From NCBI GenBank assembly GCA_963840035.1, contig CAWIXE010000002.1, forward strand, positions 1,216,001 through 1,280,000: 64,000 bases of DNA, given 5' to 3'. The notes beneath the pieces are model-generated. The model saw only the letters and a list, made by a program, of their open reading frames with translations, was not told the origin of the DNA and made no database searches. The DNA comes from a candidate division FCPU426 bacterium. GTDB taxonomy: Bacteria > Oederibacteriota > PGYV01 > Palsa-1178. A program made the translations under genes and the position numbers. How positions within the stretch are numbered: the stretch's first letter is position 1; every line of letters begins with the position of its first letter. Positions 48,953-59,001 of this stretch are shown here, piece after piece.

Positions 48953-50859
48953 TATCTGCCTCCCAGTAACTTTAATGCTTCGGGATTATATATCGCGAAG
49001 GCAATGATGACAACCACGAGCCCGCCGAAAATATATAGCGCGTAGCTCTGTACCCTGCCGGTGGTTGTAAGTTTAAGCTTGCTTCCGCCCCACCTTGTCA
49101 TAAAGGCCGCGAAATTGACTATGCCGTCAACCACGTTCCTGTCAAACCACTTTACAGCCTCGGTTATGACAAAGAATATGTTTTTGATGAGGAACATGTA
49201 TAACTCGTCTATGTAATACTTATTTTCCAGGAGCGTATAAACCGGCCCCGAAATCTTTTTAAGGCTGTCGGACTTTATCCATTTGAAGAAGTATATTATG
49301 AAAGCCAATAATATTCCGCTTAACGCCACGATTGACGAAGTCACTGCAATCCCCATGTTCATGGCTTCGGCATGATGCGCGCCTTCGGCTCCGGCTTCTT
49401 TGGCGAAGTAAATGAACTTTGAGATGTTGACTTCCTGCCCCGGGATGCCTACTAATCCCGCGAATATTGAGAATACCGCGAGTATCATAAGCGGTATGGT
49501 CATGGTCAGCGGCGACTCGTGGGCATGGTCTGAATGGTGCCCCGGCTTGCCCAGGAAGGTAATGATATAAAGCCTGAACATGTAGAACGCGGTCATGAAG
49601 GCTGTTATCACGGCCGTATAATATAGAAGAGTATTGCCGGAATCATGGAGCGTTACAAGAATCTCATCTTTTGACCAGAACCCGGCCAGCGGAAATATGC
49701 CTGCGATGGCAAGCGTGGCTATGAACATGGTTGTGGAAGTTATGGGCATCTTTTTATGCAGTCCGCCTGTTTCCCAGATATTATTTGTGTGTACCGCGTG
49801 TATGACCGAGCCCGCGCCTAAAAAGAGCAGCGCCTTAAAAAACGCGTGCGTGGTTAAGTGGAACATTCCGGCTGTGTAGCCGCCCGCGCCAAGCGCGAGT
49901 ATCATGTACCCCAGCTGGGAAAGGGTGGAAAAAGCCAGTATCCTTTTTATATCCTTTTGCACAAGCGCAATTGAGGCCGCGAATATGGAAGTAAAGCCTC
50001 CGACATACATTATAATCCGCATGGCGTCCGGCGACTCGGAGAATATTCCGAATAACCTTGCCACCATAAAGACTCCGGCAGCGACCATGGTCGCCGCGTG
50101 TATAAGGGCTGAGACAGGCGTCGGGCCTTCCATGGCGTCAGGAAGCCATACGTGCAGCGGGAACTGGGCTGACTTTCCGACCGCCCCCATGAAAAGCAGC
50201 AGCGCGATTATTGTCATGTATCCGGGGTCAATCGCGCCGGACTGTACGTACTCAATTACTTTTATGAAGTCAAATGTCTTTGCCTGAAATACCAGGAAGA
50301 TGATACCGAGCAGGAATCCGAAATCCCCCACCCTGTTTACAACAAAGGCTTTTTTGGAAGCCTCGGCCGCCTCGGGCTTCTGGTACCAGAACCCGATTAA
50401 AAGGTATGATGACAATCCGACAAGCTCCCAGAATATGTAGATCTGCATTAAATTATTTGATATGACTATCCCAAGCATGGAGAAGGTAAAAAGCGAAAGG
50501 AACGAGAAGAACTTGGCAAAGCACTCGTCATCGTGCATGTATCCCACCGAATATATCTGCACGAGCATGGAAACAAGCGTCACCACAAAAAGCATGATGG
50601 CTGTCAGCTGGTTTATCATCACGCCCATGTTCAGTTCTATATCCGCTATATACATCCACGGCAGGTTGATTGAAGTGGTTGCCGGCGCAATTATCTGCTG
50701 CCATAGTATGAAACAGGCCATGCCAAAAGAGGCCATCACAGCCGCTATGGATATCACGGCGGATGTCATCCTCATCTTTTTAGTAAAGGCGGAAATGACT
50801 AAAAACGCCAGAAGCGGCAGCGCCGCTATTGTAATCCCTAAGATACTCATTAAGTCCAA
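48952..50859 (-). CDS. nuoL: NADH-quinone oxidoreductase subunit L
   Basis: GKSAQFPLHVWLPDAMEGPTPVSALIHAATMVAAG, HAFFKALLFLGAG; TTG start. Confidence 0.96.
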   Translation of the reverse strand: MDLMSILGITIAALPLLAFLVISAFTKKMRMTSAVISIAAVMASFGMACFILWQQIIAPATTSINLPWMYIADIELNMGVMINQLTAIMLFVVTLVSMLVQIYSVGYMHDDECFAKFFSFLSLFTFSMLGIVISNNLMQIYIFWELVGLSSYLLIGFWYQKPEAAEASKKAFVVNRVGDFGFLLGIIFLVFQAKTFDFIKVIEYVQSGAIDPGYMTIIALLLFMGAVGKSAQFPLHVWLPDAMEGPTPVSALIHAATMVAAGVFMVARLFGIFSESPDAMRIIMYVGGFTSIFAASIALVQKDIKRILAFSTLSQLGYMILALGAGGYTAGMFHLTTHAFFKALLFLGAGSVIHAVHTNNIWETGGLHKKMPITSTTMFIATLAIAGIFPLAGFWSKDEILVTLHDSGNTLLYYTAVITAFMTAFYMFRLYIITFLGKPGHHSDHAHESPLTMTIPLMILAVFSIFAGLVGIPGQEVNISKFIYFAKEAGAEGAHHAEAMNMGIAVTSSIVALSGILLAFIIYFFKWIKSDSLKKISGPVYTLLENKYYIDELYMFLIKNIFFVITEAVKWFDRNVVDGIVNFAAFMTRWGGSKLKLTTTGRVQSYALYIFGGLVVVIIAFAIYNPEALKLLGGR

Positions 50860-50970
50860 AATAGTCCTCCGTTTTAATAGTGTCGTGTGCTATGTGCTAT
50901 GTGCTACGTGCGGCGGTGTCCTGCGCTGATTTCCCTTAGCACGCGCCACTCGCCACCCATCACTGCTTTA

Positions 50971-51279
50971 CTACCACTTCATCAGATTCATATTGTCAGC
51001 GTTAAGCACTTTCCTATTCCTGTAAATGGCGAGTATTATCGCCAGCCCGAGTATGGACTCTGCCGCGGCCACGGTGATAATGAAAATTGTAAAGAGCTCG
51101 CCTAAAGCCGCGTCCGGCGTAAAGAACCTTGAAAATGCCACCATGTTAATGTTGACAGCGTTAAATATGAGTTCTATGGACATAAGCACACCGATTGCGT
51201 TCCTGCGCGTTAACACGCCAAAGATGCCGATAGCTAAAAGCACAGCGCTTAACATCACGTAATGGCCAAGTGTTATCAT
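50971..51279 (-). CDS. nuoK: NADH-quinone oxidoreductase subunit K
   Basis: RRNAIGVLMSIELIFNAVN, VAAAE..GLAI. Confidence 0.95.
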   Translation of the reverse strand: MITLGHYVMLSAVLLAIGIFGVLTRRNAIGVLMSIELIFNAVNINMVAFSRFFTPDAALGELFTIFIITVAAAESILGLAIILAIYRNRKVLNADNMNLMKW

Positions 51280-51794
51280 TTTGTCTCCTCCTTGTCCCTG
51301 GATACTATGGCAATCGCGCCGATTAAAGCCGCGAGCAGCATCACAGAGATTATTTCAAAAGGCAGGACAAAATCAGTAAGGAGCTGTTTTCCTATAAGTG
51401 CCGTATTGTCTGTAAGTTCAGTCTGCGCCACGCTTTTACCGATGGTTAAGAACCAGTCTGTCTTTAAAAGCGCGAGAATGATCAGCGCCGCGGCCAAAAG
51501 CCCTGTTATGATTGCCGGCCATACCTGCTCGTTTGTCTGGTAATTGCTGCCGCCGGCTATCTGTTTGGTGAGGTTAATGACAAATATGGTTAAAACCACA
51601 ACAGCGCCTATATATATGAGGACCTGAATTCCCGCTAAGAAGAACGAACCCATCATGGCAAATACGGCAGCCACTCCAAGCAGCGATACCGCCAGGTATA
51701 ATGCCGAATGAAATATATTCCTCGATGTTACCATGAGGATGGCCCCGCCGATTACTACGGCCGCGAAGCAGTAAAAAAGTACCAGTTCAACCAT
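51276..51794 (-). CDS. nuoJ: NADH-quinone oxidoreductase subunit J
   Basis: QVLIYIGAVVVL, LPFEIISVMLLAALIGA. Confidence 0.95.
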   Translation of the reverse strand: MVELVLFYCFAAVVIGGAILMVTSRNIFHSALYLAVSLLGVAAVFAMMGSFFLAGIQVLIYIGAVVVLTIFVINLTKQIAGGSNYQTNEQVWPAIITGLLAAALIILALLKTDWFLTIGKSVAQTELTDNTALIGKQLLTDFVLPFEIISVMLLAALIGAIAIVSRDKEETK

Positions 51795-51814
51795 GAAAAC
51801 TCCTTCTTTTACTC

Positions 51815-51881
51815 AAAGTTTAAAACTTAAAGCTGAAAGTTCAACCGCATTACTTTTCAGTTTTCAGCTTTCAGTTTTAAG
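51815..51881. repeat. ~67-bp heptamer-based palindromic element (copy 1)
   Basis: Near-identical to 53522..53588. Confidence 0.8.
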
Positions 51882-52370
51882 TTATTCTTCGCTTTTAAAC
51901 TTGCTCTGCCACCACGGCAGCTTCTTTCCTTTTAATACGTACTTCTCTGATACAAGCTCCATGCTTAAGGAGGCTTTATCCTCCGTGGCTGTCTCGTACT
52001 CATCCGACATGATAATCGCCGCAAACGCGCACGATTCCACGCAAAGGTTGCAGTATATGCAAGAACCCATATTATAATGATATTTTGACGCTTTTGGTTT
52101 TGGTTTGCCGTCCTCGCCGATCATTTTCTCAACCTCAAGTGAATGATTCGGGCAAGCCTTGACGCAGAGCATGCATGCCGTGCACTTATGGTCGCCTGTA
52201 GCCTGGTCATACGGAAGCGCCAGCCTGCCCCTGAACCTTAATTTCATCTCTTCCTTTTTCTCAGGGTACTGCAGGGTTATGGGTTTTCTGAAGCAGTGCT
52301 TCAGCGTAACCGCAAGGCCTTCCATCAGGTTCATGATGCCTTTTAAGATATCCAGTACGTACTTGATCAA
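51882..52370 (-). CDS. nuoI: NADH-quinone oxidoreductase subunit I
   Basis: TLQYPE, CTACMLCVKACP and CIYCNLCVESC 4Fe-4S motifs; TTG start. Confidence 0.95.
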   Translation of the reverse strand: MIKYVLDILKGIMNLMEGLAVTLKHCFRKPITLQYPEKKEEMKLRFRGRLALPYDQATGDHKCTACMLCVKACPNHSLEVEKMIGEDGKPKPKASKYHYNMGSCIYCNLCVESCAFAAIIMSDEYETATEDKASLSMELVSEKYVLKGKKLPWWQSKFKSEE

Positions 52371-52445
52371 GTAAAAACTCCTTTTAAAAAGATTAATTAC
52401 AGTTTTAAGTTTGAAGTTTTAAGATATTGCCCTCATCTTAAAACT

Positions 52446-53501
52446 TCAAACTAACTTAATAACTATCGCCGTTACCACCAGATTCAGCAGCGCTATCGGC
52501 AGCATGTATTTCCACGAGAATTCCATGAGCTGGTCGACCCTTATCCTCGGGAATGTCCACCTTATCCAGCACAGCAGCGTCACGACAAAATATGTCTTTA
52601 TGAAGAACCATACTATCGGCGGCAAAAATGGGCCTTCCCATCCGCCCAGAAACAATGTCGCCGCGATAGCGGATGTCAAGAATAAGTTCGTGTACTCAGC
52701 CAGGTAAAAGAAGGCGAATTTCATGGCCGAATATTCCGTGTTAAATCCGGCCACAAGCTCGGACTCCGCTTCAGGAAGGTCAAAGGGCGCCCTGTTGATT
52801 TCCGCGTTGCCCACTATAAGGAAAAGTATGAACCCGACTGCCTGCGGTATGACAAACCATTTGTAATTAGCCTGCGCCGCGACTATATCGCTCATCTTCA
52901 TGGAGCCGGCGAGCATCACAACCGAAAGTATTATGAGTACCATTGGTATTTCATAGCTTACAATCTGCGCCGCTGAACGCAGGCCGCCGATAAGGGAGTA
53001 CTTGTTATTTGAACCCCAGCCCGCGGCTAAAACGCCGATGACCGAGAGCCCAGTTATGGCAAGCACGTAAAGGATACCGATGTTTAAATCAGCAGGTACA
53101 AGGCCTTTTCCAAAAGGCAGTACAAGGAAAACCGCGAAAGTAGGTATGAACATGATGAGCGGCGCGACCCAGAATGAAAGTATGTCTATCTTTTTCGGAT
53201 TTATGTCTTCCTTTATCATGAGCTTTACTGTATCAGCTATGGTCTGGAGCAATCCGAGAGGCCCAACCCTGTTCGGCCCTTTTCTTATCTGCATTAAAGC
53301 CGCGATCTTCCTGTCAAAATATATGATCCATAGCGCGTTCAAAACCACGACAAGGGCCACTGCAACGCCTATGACAATCTGAAATATGATATCAAGCAGG
53401 AACGGAGGCACTCCCCAGCCGGCCCATACGCCGTGCGCGTAGGCATAAAACTCCCCAAGCGGCTTTCCACTGTTATATAAAAGTTCCTTCAGCAGTTCCA
53501 T
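52446..53501 (-). CDS. nuoH: NADH-quinone oxidoreductase subunit H
   Basis: RKGPNRVGPLGLLQTIAD, RAPFDLPEAESELVAGFNTEYS; start moved to ATG 53501 (AGGAG). Confidence 0.96.
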   Translation of the reverse strand: MELLKELLYNSGKPLGEFYAYAHGVWAGWGVPPFLLDIIFQIVIGVAVALVVVLNALWIIYFDRKIAALMQIRKGPNRVGPLGLLQTIADTVKLMIKEDINPKKIDILSFWVAPLIMFIPTFAVFLVLPFGKGLVPADLNIGILYVLAITGLSVIGVLAAGWGSNNKYSLIGGLRSAAQIVSYEIPMVLIILSVVMLAGSMKMSDIVAAQANYKWFVIPQAVGFILFLIVGNAEINRAPFDLPEAESELVAGFNTEYSAMKFAFFYLAEYTNLFLTSAIAATLFLGGWEGPFLPPIVWFFIKTYFVVTLLCWIRWTFPRIRVDQLMEFSWKYMLPIALLNLVVTAIVIKLV

Positions 53502-53521
53502 GTTACTCCTCATTTTAACTT

Positions 53522-53588
53522 AAAGTTTGAAACTTAAAGCTGAAAGTTGAACCGCACTACTTTTCAGTTTTCAGCTTTCCGTTTCAAT
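53522..53588. repeat. ~67-bp heptamer-based palindromic element (copy 2)
   Basis: Near-identical to 51815..51881. Confidence 0.8.
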
Positions 53589-53594
53589 TTGATC

Positions 53595-54719
53595 TTACCT
53601 GTCTATCTCCGGTATAACCAGGTCCAGGCTTCCCATTATGGCTATAATGTCCGCAATCTTGCTTCCCACGGATATTTCCTTAAGCACGCTTAAGTTCGAG
53701 AATGACGGGCTCCTGAACTTTATCCTGTAAGGCCTGTCAGTGCCGTCGCTTACTATATACACGCCGAACTCTCCCCTGGCCGACTCGACCATGGTATAAA
53801 CTTCCCCCGGCGCGGGTTTGATTATCTTGGGCACTTTTGCCATTATGTCTCCGGCAGGTATCATATCCATAGCCTGGCGGAGAATCTTCGCCGACTGCCT
53901 CATCTCATCCATTCTTACTTTCAGGCGGTCCCATGTGTCGCCGTTCTTTCCTGTGGGTATGGCAAAATCAAATTTCGGATATACCGAATACGGGCTGTTC
54001 TTTCTTAAATCTATAGCGCAATCCGATCCCCTTAGTGACGGGCCGGTAACGCCGTAATTAATGGCCTTATCTTTGTTCAGCACGCCCACGCCTTTTGTCC
54101 TGGCCGTGAGTATTATATTATTAATGAGAAGCGCTTCGTATTCATGTATTCTGTCCTCAAAATGCTCAAGAAACTTCTTTAAGCGCGGCAGGAAATCCTT
54201 CTGCAGGTCGTTCTTAAATCCGCCTATCCTGAAAGCGTTATGCGTCAGCCTTCCGCCTGTCATGCCTTCCACCATGTCGATTACGTCTTCCCTCTCCCTG
54301 AAGGAGTAAAATATCGGGGTCAAGGCGCCAACGTCCATGCCGTAAGCCGCGTACCATAAAAGATGGCTCATGATCCTGTTTAATTCCGCGAGCATGACCC
54401 TGATGTATTCGGCGCGTTCGGGAACCTGAACGCCCATGAGTTTTTCCACTGCCATGACGTATGCCCAGCCGTAATTGACAGCCGAAAGGTAATCAAGCCT
54501 GTCCATATAAGGGGTTATCATGTCGTATTTTTTATTCTCGCACATCTTTTCGACGCTTGAGTGTATGTATCCCACATCCGGGTAAAGGTCTTTTACAACC
54601 TCGCCGTCAAGTTTCAGCACTATACGGAGCACACCGTGCGTGGACGGGTGCTGCGGGCCCATGTTAAGTATGTATTCTTCGTCTGATAACTTTTCAAGCT
54701 CAAAAGGCGCTTTGATCAT
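53595..54719 (-). CDS. nuoD: NADH-quinone oxidoreductase subunit D
   Basis: NMGPQHPSTHGVLR, DRLDY, ends GSLDLVIPEIDR. Confidence 0.96.
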   Translation of the reverse strand: MIKAPFELEKLSDEEYILNMGPQHPSTHGVLRIVLKLDGEVVKDLYPDVGYIHSSVEKMCENKKYDMITPYMDRLDYLSAVNYGWAYVMAVEKLMGVQVPERAEYIRVMLAELNRIMSHLLWYAAYGMDVGALTPIFYSFREREDVIDMVEGMTGGRLTHNAFRIGGFKNDLQKDFLPRLKKFLEHFEDRIHEYEALLINNIILTARTKGVGVLNKDKAINYGVTGPSLRGSDCAIDLRKNSPYSVYPKFDFAIPTGKNGDTWDRLKVRMDEMRQSAKILRQAMDMIPAGDIMAKVPKIIKPAPGEVYTMVESARGEFGVYIVSDGTDRPYRIKFRSPSFSNLSVLKEISVGSKIADIIAIMGSLDLVIPEIDR

Positions 54720-54727
54720 TACTTCTC

Positions 54728-55186
54728 CTATACTTTCGGCAGCGGAATCATATCCGCGTGTTTAAAGTCCTTGCGGAGCGGCGCTATGATGCCCTCCGGA
54801 AGGAGCAGGTTATTCTTGTCCTTTAATCCCATAAAACTTATGCCAAACATCTCAGCGGCTTCCCTCTCGTGCCATTCCGCGGTTATATATAAGGAAGAGA
54901 CTGATTCAATCTCCGGCTTTGCCCTGTCGAGCTTAACCTTTATGGCCACGCTGTCGGAAGAAGCGTAGGAAAACAGCCTGTAAACCGCCTCTATGACGTT
55001 TGCCGCGGGAAGGTCAACAGCCGTCAGAAAGTTCAACTGGTCAAATTTCATTTCTGCCTTAAGAAAGCCAATAACAGGTTTAAGGTTTTTCGGGGCTACC
55101 CAGCAGTTCAGGATGCCCATATCCTCTTTTGACTCTGTCACTTCAATTTTTGTTTTTATTTTATCGAGTATTTCCTGGTGTGTCAT
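54728..55186 (-). CDS. nuoC: NADH-quinone oxidoreductase subunit C
   Basis: [25 protein letters not shown]. Confidence 0.94.
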   Translation of the reverse strand: MTHQEILDKIKTKIEVTESKEDMGILNCWVAPKNLKPVIGFLKAEMKFDQLNFLTAVDLPAANVIEAVYRLFSYASSDSVAIKVKLDRAKPEIESVSSLYITAEWHEREAAEMFGISFMGLKDKNNLLLPEGIIAPLRKDFKHADMIPLPKV

Positions 55187-55695
55187 GCGCTCACCTTCGT
55201 AAGTTTCTGCTTCATAATCTTCTTCTGGAGTTTTATCATGCCGTCTAAAAGCGCTTCCGGCCTCGGCGGGCAGCCCGGTATGTAAATATCAACCGGTATT
55301 ATCTTATCAACGCCTGTTATGACCGAATATGTATCATATATGAAGGGGCCGCCCGATATGGCGCATGCTCCCATCGCAATCACGTATTTTGGTTCCGCCA
55401 TCTGCTCATAAAGCCTTTTGACCAGCGGCGCCATCTTTTTTGTGACAGTTCCGGCCACTATCATAAGGTCAGCGCGGCGCGGCGACGCGGCAGGGACTTC
55501 AAAACCGAACCTGGCCCAGTCATACTTTGCGGCGCCCGAGGCCATCATTTCCATGGCGCAGCAGCGAAGTCCAAAAGTAAGCGTCCATATGGAATTTGAC
55601 CTGCCTGCGTTAATGGCCCACGCGGCAGAAGCAAGTACTACCGGCGCTCCGGGTATCTTTAAGAACTTTTCGTCAACGCCGTTCATTAATCCCAT
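55183..55695 (-). CDS. nuoB: NADH-quinone oxidoreductase subunit B
   Basis: [42 protein letters not shown]; start moved to ATG 55695. Confidence 0.95.
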   Translation of the reverse strand: MGLMNGVDEKFLKIPGAPVVLASAAWAINAGRSNSIWTLTFGLRCCAMEMMASGAAKYDWARFGFEVPAASPRRADLMIVAGTVTKKMAPLVKRLYEQMAEPKYVIAMGACAISGGPFIYDTYSVITGVDKIIPVDIYIPGCPPRPEALLDGMIKLQKKIMKQKLTKVSA

Positions 55696-56039
55696 TTGAG
55701 CTCCCCTTTTTTCCAGGCAAACGCAAGGCCGAGTAAGAGTATGAATATGAATATGAGGACTTCTATTAAGGGCGCAAAGCCCGCTATCTTCCTGTAAACT
55801 ACGGCCCACGGCATTAAAAACACGGCTTCTACGGCGAATACGACGTACATGAGGGCAAAGACATAAAAGCGAAGGCTGTAGCGCACCTGCGCCTCGCCAA
55901 TGGGATCAAGCCCGCACTCATAAGTGGTGCGCTTTTCATCACTGGGTTTATAAGGCATAAGCAGATAATTAACGACCACGCCGCCTATGACAAAAACAAA
56001 AGCGAACCCGATGAATACTAAGAGCGTTCCGTAAGCCAT
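55686..56039 (-). CDS. nuoA: NADH-quinone oxidoreductase subunit A
   Basis: [30 protein letters not shown]. Confidence 0.95.
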   Translation of the reverse strand: MAYGTLLVFIGFAFVFVIGGVVVNYLLMPYKPSDEKRTTYECGLDPIGEAQVRYSLRFYVFALMYVVFAVEAVFLMPWAVVYRKIAGFAPLIEVLIFIFILLLGLAFAWKKGELKWD

Positions 56040-56138
56040 ATTTCCTCCAAAATAAAATTTTCAATTTTCTATTTTAAATTTTCAATTAAACGCCAAACCG
56101 TGCCTGCCGTCCTTAATATAAAATTGAAAATTCAAAAT

Positions 56139-57110
56139 TTAAAATTCCCGTTCCAAAACATAATCAGCAATCTCATATAACAACTCTTTCTTTTTATCGT
56201 CCTTTAATTTCGCCTTATCAAGCGCCGCTTTGGCGTCTGTCACGTAGCTCATAGCCATGAGGCCGGCCAGGTTCACGCCTCCGTTGGCAAATATAAAATC
56301 AAGTATCCGTTTTCTTGCGCTTTCGGTTGAATTCGCCCTGAACAGGCGCTTAATCTTCGAGCTTTCCTTTGCCGGGGCGTTCTGTATTGCAAGTATCAAA
56401 GGCAGGGTCGGCTTTCCTTCTTTTAAATCATTTCCTGCGGATTTTCCTATTTTACTTGTTTTTGAAATTATGTCAAGTAAATCATCCTTTATCTGAAACG
56501 CGATCCCCAGGTTTTCGGCGTAAACGCCAAGGTGCTTCATGGCCTCAGGGGTACAATTGCCCAGATACCCTCCCGAGAGGACGCTTCCCCGTATAAGCGA
56601 AGCTGTTTTCTTTCTTATGATGCCCACGCATCCGTCAATTGAAAGCGATATATTGTATTTATTATGCACTTCTTCTATCTCGCCCTCGCATACGTCCTTT
56701 ATCGCGCCGGCAAATATGGAAAGGAGCCTGTTGTCAACAGAATTGACCACGGTTTCCATGGCATAGGCAAATAAATAATCCCCGGTGAGAACCGAAAGCG
56801 CGGCACCCGCCTTTTTATTGAGCGAATCAATGCCCCTTCTTTTTCCGGAGTCATCGACTATGTCATCGTGGATAAGCGTGGCGTTATGAAGGATTTCTAT
56901 GGCTGTGGCTATATTTAGAATCTTATCGCCGGTTTTCGCCCCGTTTGCCTGCGCCGTAAGCATAACAAGGGCGCCCCTTAAGCGTTTGCCGGACTTAAGC
57001 CCGGAACCAGCGAGAAGGTGCTTTATTGATTTTGAGGGCGACTTCTGGATAGCCGTTATCTTATTGTTTATGAGGGCTATGTACTTTTTGATCAGTTTAT
57101 TTTCGAGCAT
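56139..57110 (-). CDS. Polyprenyl diphosphate synthase (IspB/HepT-like)
   Basis: GKRLR, LHNATLIHDDIVD..RRG, KTA, AFQIKDDLLD, DLKEGKPTLP. Confidence 0.93.
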   Translation of the reverse strand: MLENKLIKKYIALINNKITAIQKSPSKSIKHLLAGSGLKSGKRLRGALVMLTAQANGAKTGDKILNIATAIEILHNATLIHDDIVDDSGKRRGIDSLNKKAGAALSVLTGDYLFAYAMETVVNSVDNRLLSIFAGAIKDVCEGEIEEVHNKYNISLSIDGCVGIIRKKTASLIRGSVLSGGYLGNCTPEAMKHLGVYAENLGIAFQIKDDLLDIISKTSKIGKSAGNDLKEGKPTLPLILAIQNAPAKESSKIKRLFRANSTESARKRILDFIFANGGVNLAGLMAMSYVTDAKAALDKAKLKDDKKKELLYEIADYVLEREF

Positions 57111-57157
57111 TCAATACCTTTTTTTAGTTTTTTTAGTCAGGTATAAATTACCCGAAT

Positions 57158-57185
57158 ATTTTAAACGGTTATTGTTTTTTGTCAA
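57158..57185 (-). promoter_or_regulatory. Putative sigma70 promoter
   Basis: TTGACA-16 nt-TAAAAT upstream of the polyprenyl synthase and nuo genes. Confidence 0.5.
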
Positions 57186-57229
57186 GCATTTTTGTCTAAA
57201 ATAACACTTTTTTTGTAGCAATTAATACT

Positions 57230-58066
57230 TTACGGCCTCTTTCTCATTTCATCGCCTTCCGCGGACGCGTCAGCCTCCGGCATTGCCGCGGGATTCACCC
57301 GCGCCGCTGCCGCGGCCACCGGCTTTTCATTGGACTTAATCTGCGCTAAAAGGCCGTCAAAAGTGGCTATCATTATTTTTTCCTTTATTGTATCGCCCGC
57401 CCCCCTTAAAGCGAAACTCAAACGCCCTTTTTCCCTCGCGTATACGATTATTTCAGCCTCTTCGGGAGAGAGGGCAAGCGTTAAAGTGTTATACCCCTTC
57501 TTCCCGCCCGCTGCCGCGTTAAATTCCGTTCCGGCAGAGAGCACCTGCGCGGCCTGCAGGATGGTGGCAGTGGTGATTATCGACTTTTTTGAATCGGAGG
57601 TATCATATGTAAGCAGTACGTCAACGTAATCTCCGGGCTTTATCATGTAGCTGACAGCTGATTCCTCGTCCACTGCCACGGCCACGGCGCGCAGCCCCGT
57701 TGGTACGGCGGAGCTTAAGTCTTCCGCTTTTGCGCTCATTTTATTAAGCAGTATGGCTTCGCCCTCTATAAAAGGCACAAGCGTGAGCTTTCCTTTAAGC
57801 TGGTCAAATGATTTCACATGCGCGGACGTGACCAGCTTGGCCGGCACTTCCACGAACTTAACCATATCCTCCCTGACCTGGCTCCTGGGTGTTATGTATT
57901 TCGCGGCCGAAAGGACCCTGACCGGTTCCATGGATTTCATAACATCCGACTCTTTGTTCGCGATAAAAAAATAGCCCAGGACAGCCGCGGCAAGGCCGCA
58001 GGAAACGGCAAGTAAAAGCAGTTTGTTTTCCATCTTCATGTTTTTAAAGATTTCTGTGGCTTTCAT
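57230..58066 (-). CDS. cpaB: Flp pilus assembly protein CpaB/RcpC
   Basis: N-terminal TM, SAF-like region, GLRAVAVAVDEESAVSYMIKPGDYVDVLL, TLALSPEEAE..GRLSFALR. Confidence 0.9.
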   Translation of the reverse strand: MKATEIFKNMKMENKLLLLAVSCGLAAAVLGYFFIANKESDVMKSMEPVRVLSAAKYITPRSQVREDMVKFVEVPAKLVTSAHVKSFDQLKGKLTLVPFIEGEAILLNKMSAKAEDLSSAVPTGLRAVAVAVDEESAVSYMIKPGDYVDVLLTYDTSDSKKSIITTATILQAAQVLSAGTEFNAAAGGKKGYNTLTLALSPEEAEIIVYAREKGRLSFALRGAGDTIKEKIMIATFDGLLAQIKSNEKPVAAAAARVNPAAMPEADASAEGDEMRKRP

Positions 58067-58123
58067 GGTTGATCTCCTTGTTGTTCATTGTTCATTTGAC
58101 TGTTAAGAAGCTGTATTTACAGT

Positions 58124-58240
58124 TTGTCATTGCGAGAAGCCGCTGTTGGCTTATGGCGACGAAGCAATCTCGTTTTCTCCTTCTGGAACAGCGAGATTGC
58201 TTCGTCGGCAAGCAACAAAAACGCCTCCTCGCAATGACAA
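58124..58240. repeat. Nested palindromic repeat (GTCATTGCGAG..GAAGCAATCT type)
   Basis: TTGTCATTGCGAG / CTCGCAATGACAA outer arms; CGACGAAGCAATCTCG / CGAGATTGCTTCGTCG inner arms. Confidence 0.8.
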
Positions 58241-58284
58241 GCACAAGACTGTAAACAGAACACATTAACAGTACAGTTCATTGT

Positions 58285-59001
58285 TCACCGTGCGTTCCCC
58301 ATCACACTCACATACTTCTCCTGCCCTTCTGTATCAAATATATTAAGCAGCCATGATTTTGACTGCTTTTCGATAAAATACGCATCCTGCTGTGCTGAAG
58401 AAACTTTCCACCCCTCTTTTTTCAGCATATCCTGATAAAACAGGCGCAATGATTCCACGTCTGCAGCTTCTGTTGAATAAAAATTAGCGAACTGCGCTGT
58501 TCTGCCGCCTGAGAGCAGTTCTATAGATAAAAATCTGTCCATGCCAGCGTATTTTCTTAAACCGTCATTAAATCCGCTGCCATGGCTGAACTCATCCGCA
58601 TTTACTTTTATAAAAACGCAATTATCACCATAATTTCCCGCGGTAATCAGTCTTATCCCCCCGCCTTCCTTATATAACAGGTAGTACCAGTTATCCGGGG
58701 TGCCTTCAGCCGCAAAGCCGAGCAGTATGGCCGCTAACTTTTTAACGGCAGTACCGTTAATGAGTTCCCTGGCTGCCGCCTTTTTTGCGTAGTATTCCAT
58801 CACTTTTTCCGCGCTTTTTACCGTCTCATACCTTTCAAGTTTAATGGGGTTGCCGTTTATCCTGGCCTCCATTGACCCTTTAGCAACCGCAGTAAATTCA
58901 GGCGCGAATATTCCTGCCGCCCGTTCCTTAAATCCGGTAAAGGTGGCATTTATTATAACGCCGGCAAAAAGCAGCAAAATCACTATCGCCGTCCTCTTCA
59001 T
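58285..59001 (-). CDS. Hypothetical exported protein in Tad cluster
   Basis: ATG 59001 overlaps the upstream TGA; N-terminal signal/TM MKRTAIVILLLFAG. Confidence 0.7.
   Translation of the reverse strand: MKRTAIVILLLFAGVIINATFTGFKERAAGIFAPEFTAVAKGSMEARINGNPIKLERYETVKSAEKVMEYYAKKAAARELINGTAVKKLAAILLGFAAEGTPDNWYYLLYKEGGGIRLITAGNYGDNCVFIKVNADEFSHGSGFNDGLRKYAGMDRFLSIELLSGGRTAQFANFYSTEAADVESLRLFYQDMLKKEGWKVSSAQQDAYFIEKQSKSWLLNIFDTEGQEKYVSVMGNAR

Noticed and set aside
53595..55695. Group 4 [NiFe]-hydrogenase
   Set aside because: Large subunit lacks both Ni-binding CxxC motifs (DRLDY; ends PEIDR), so it is NuoD
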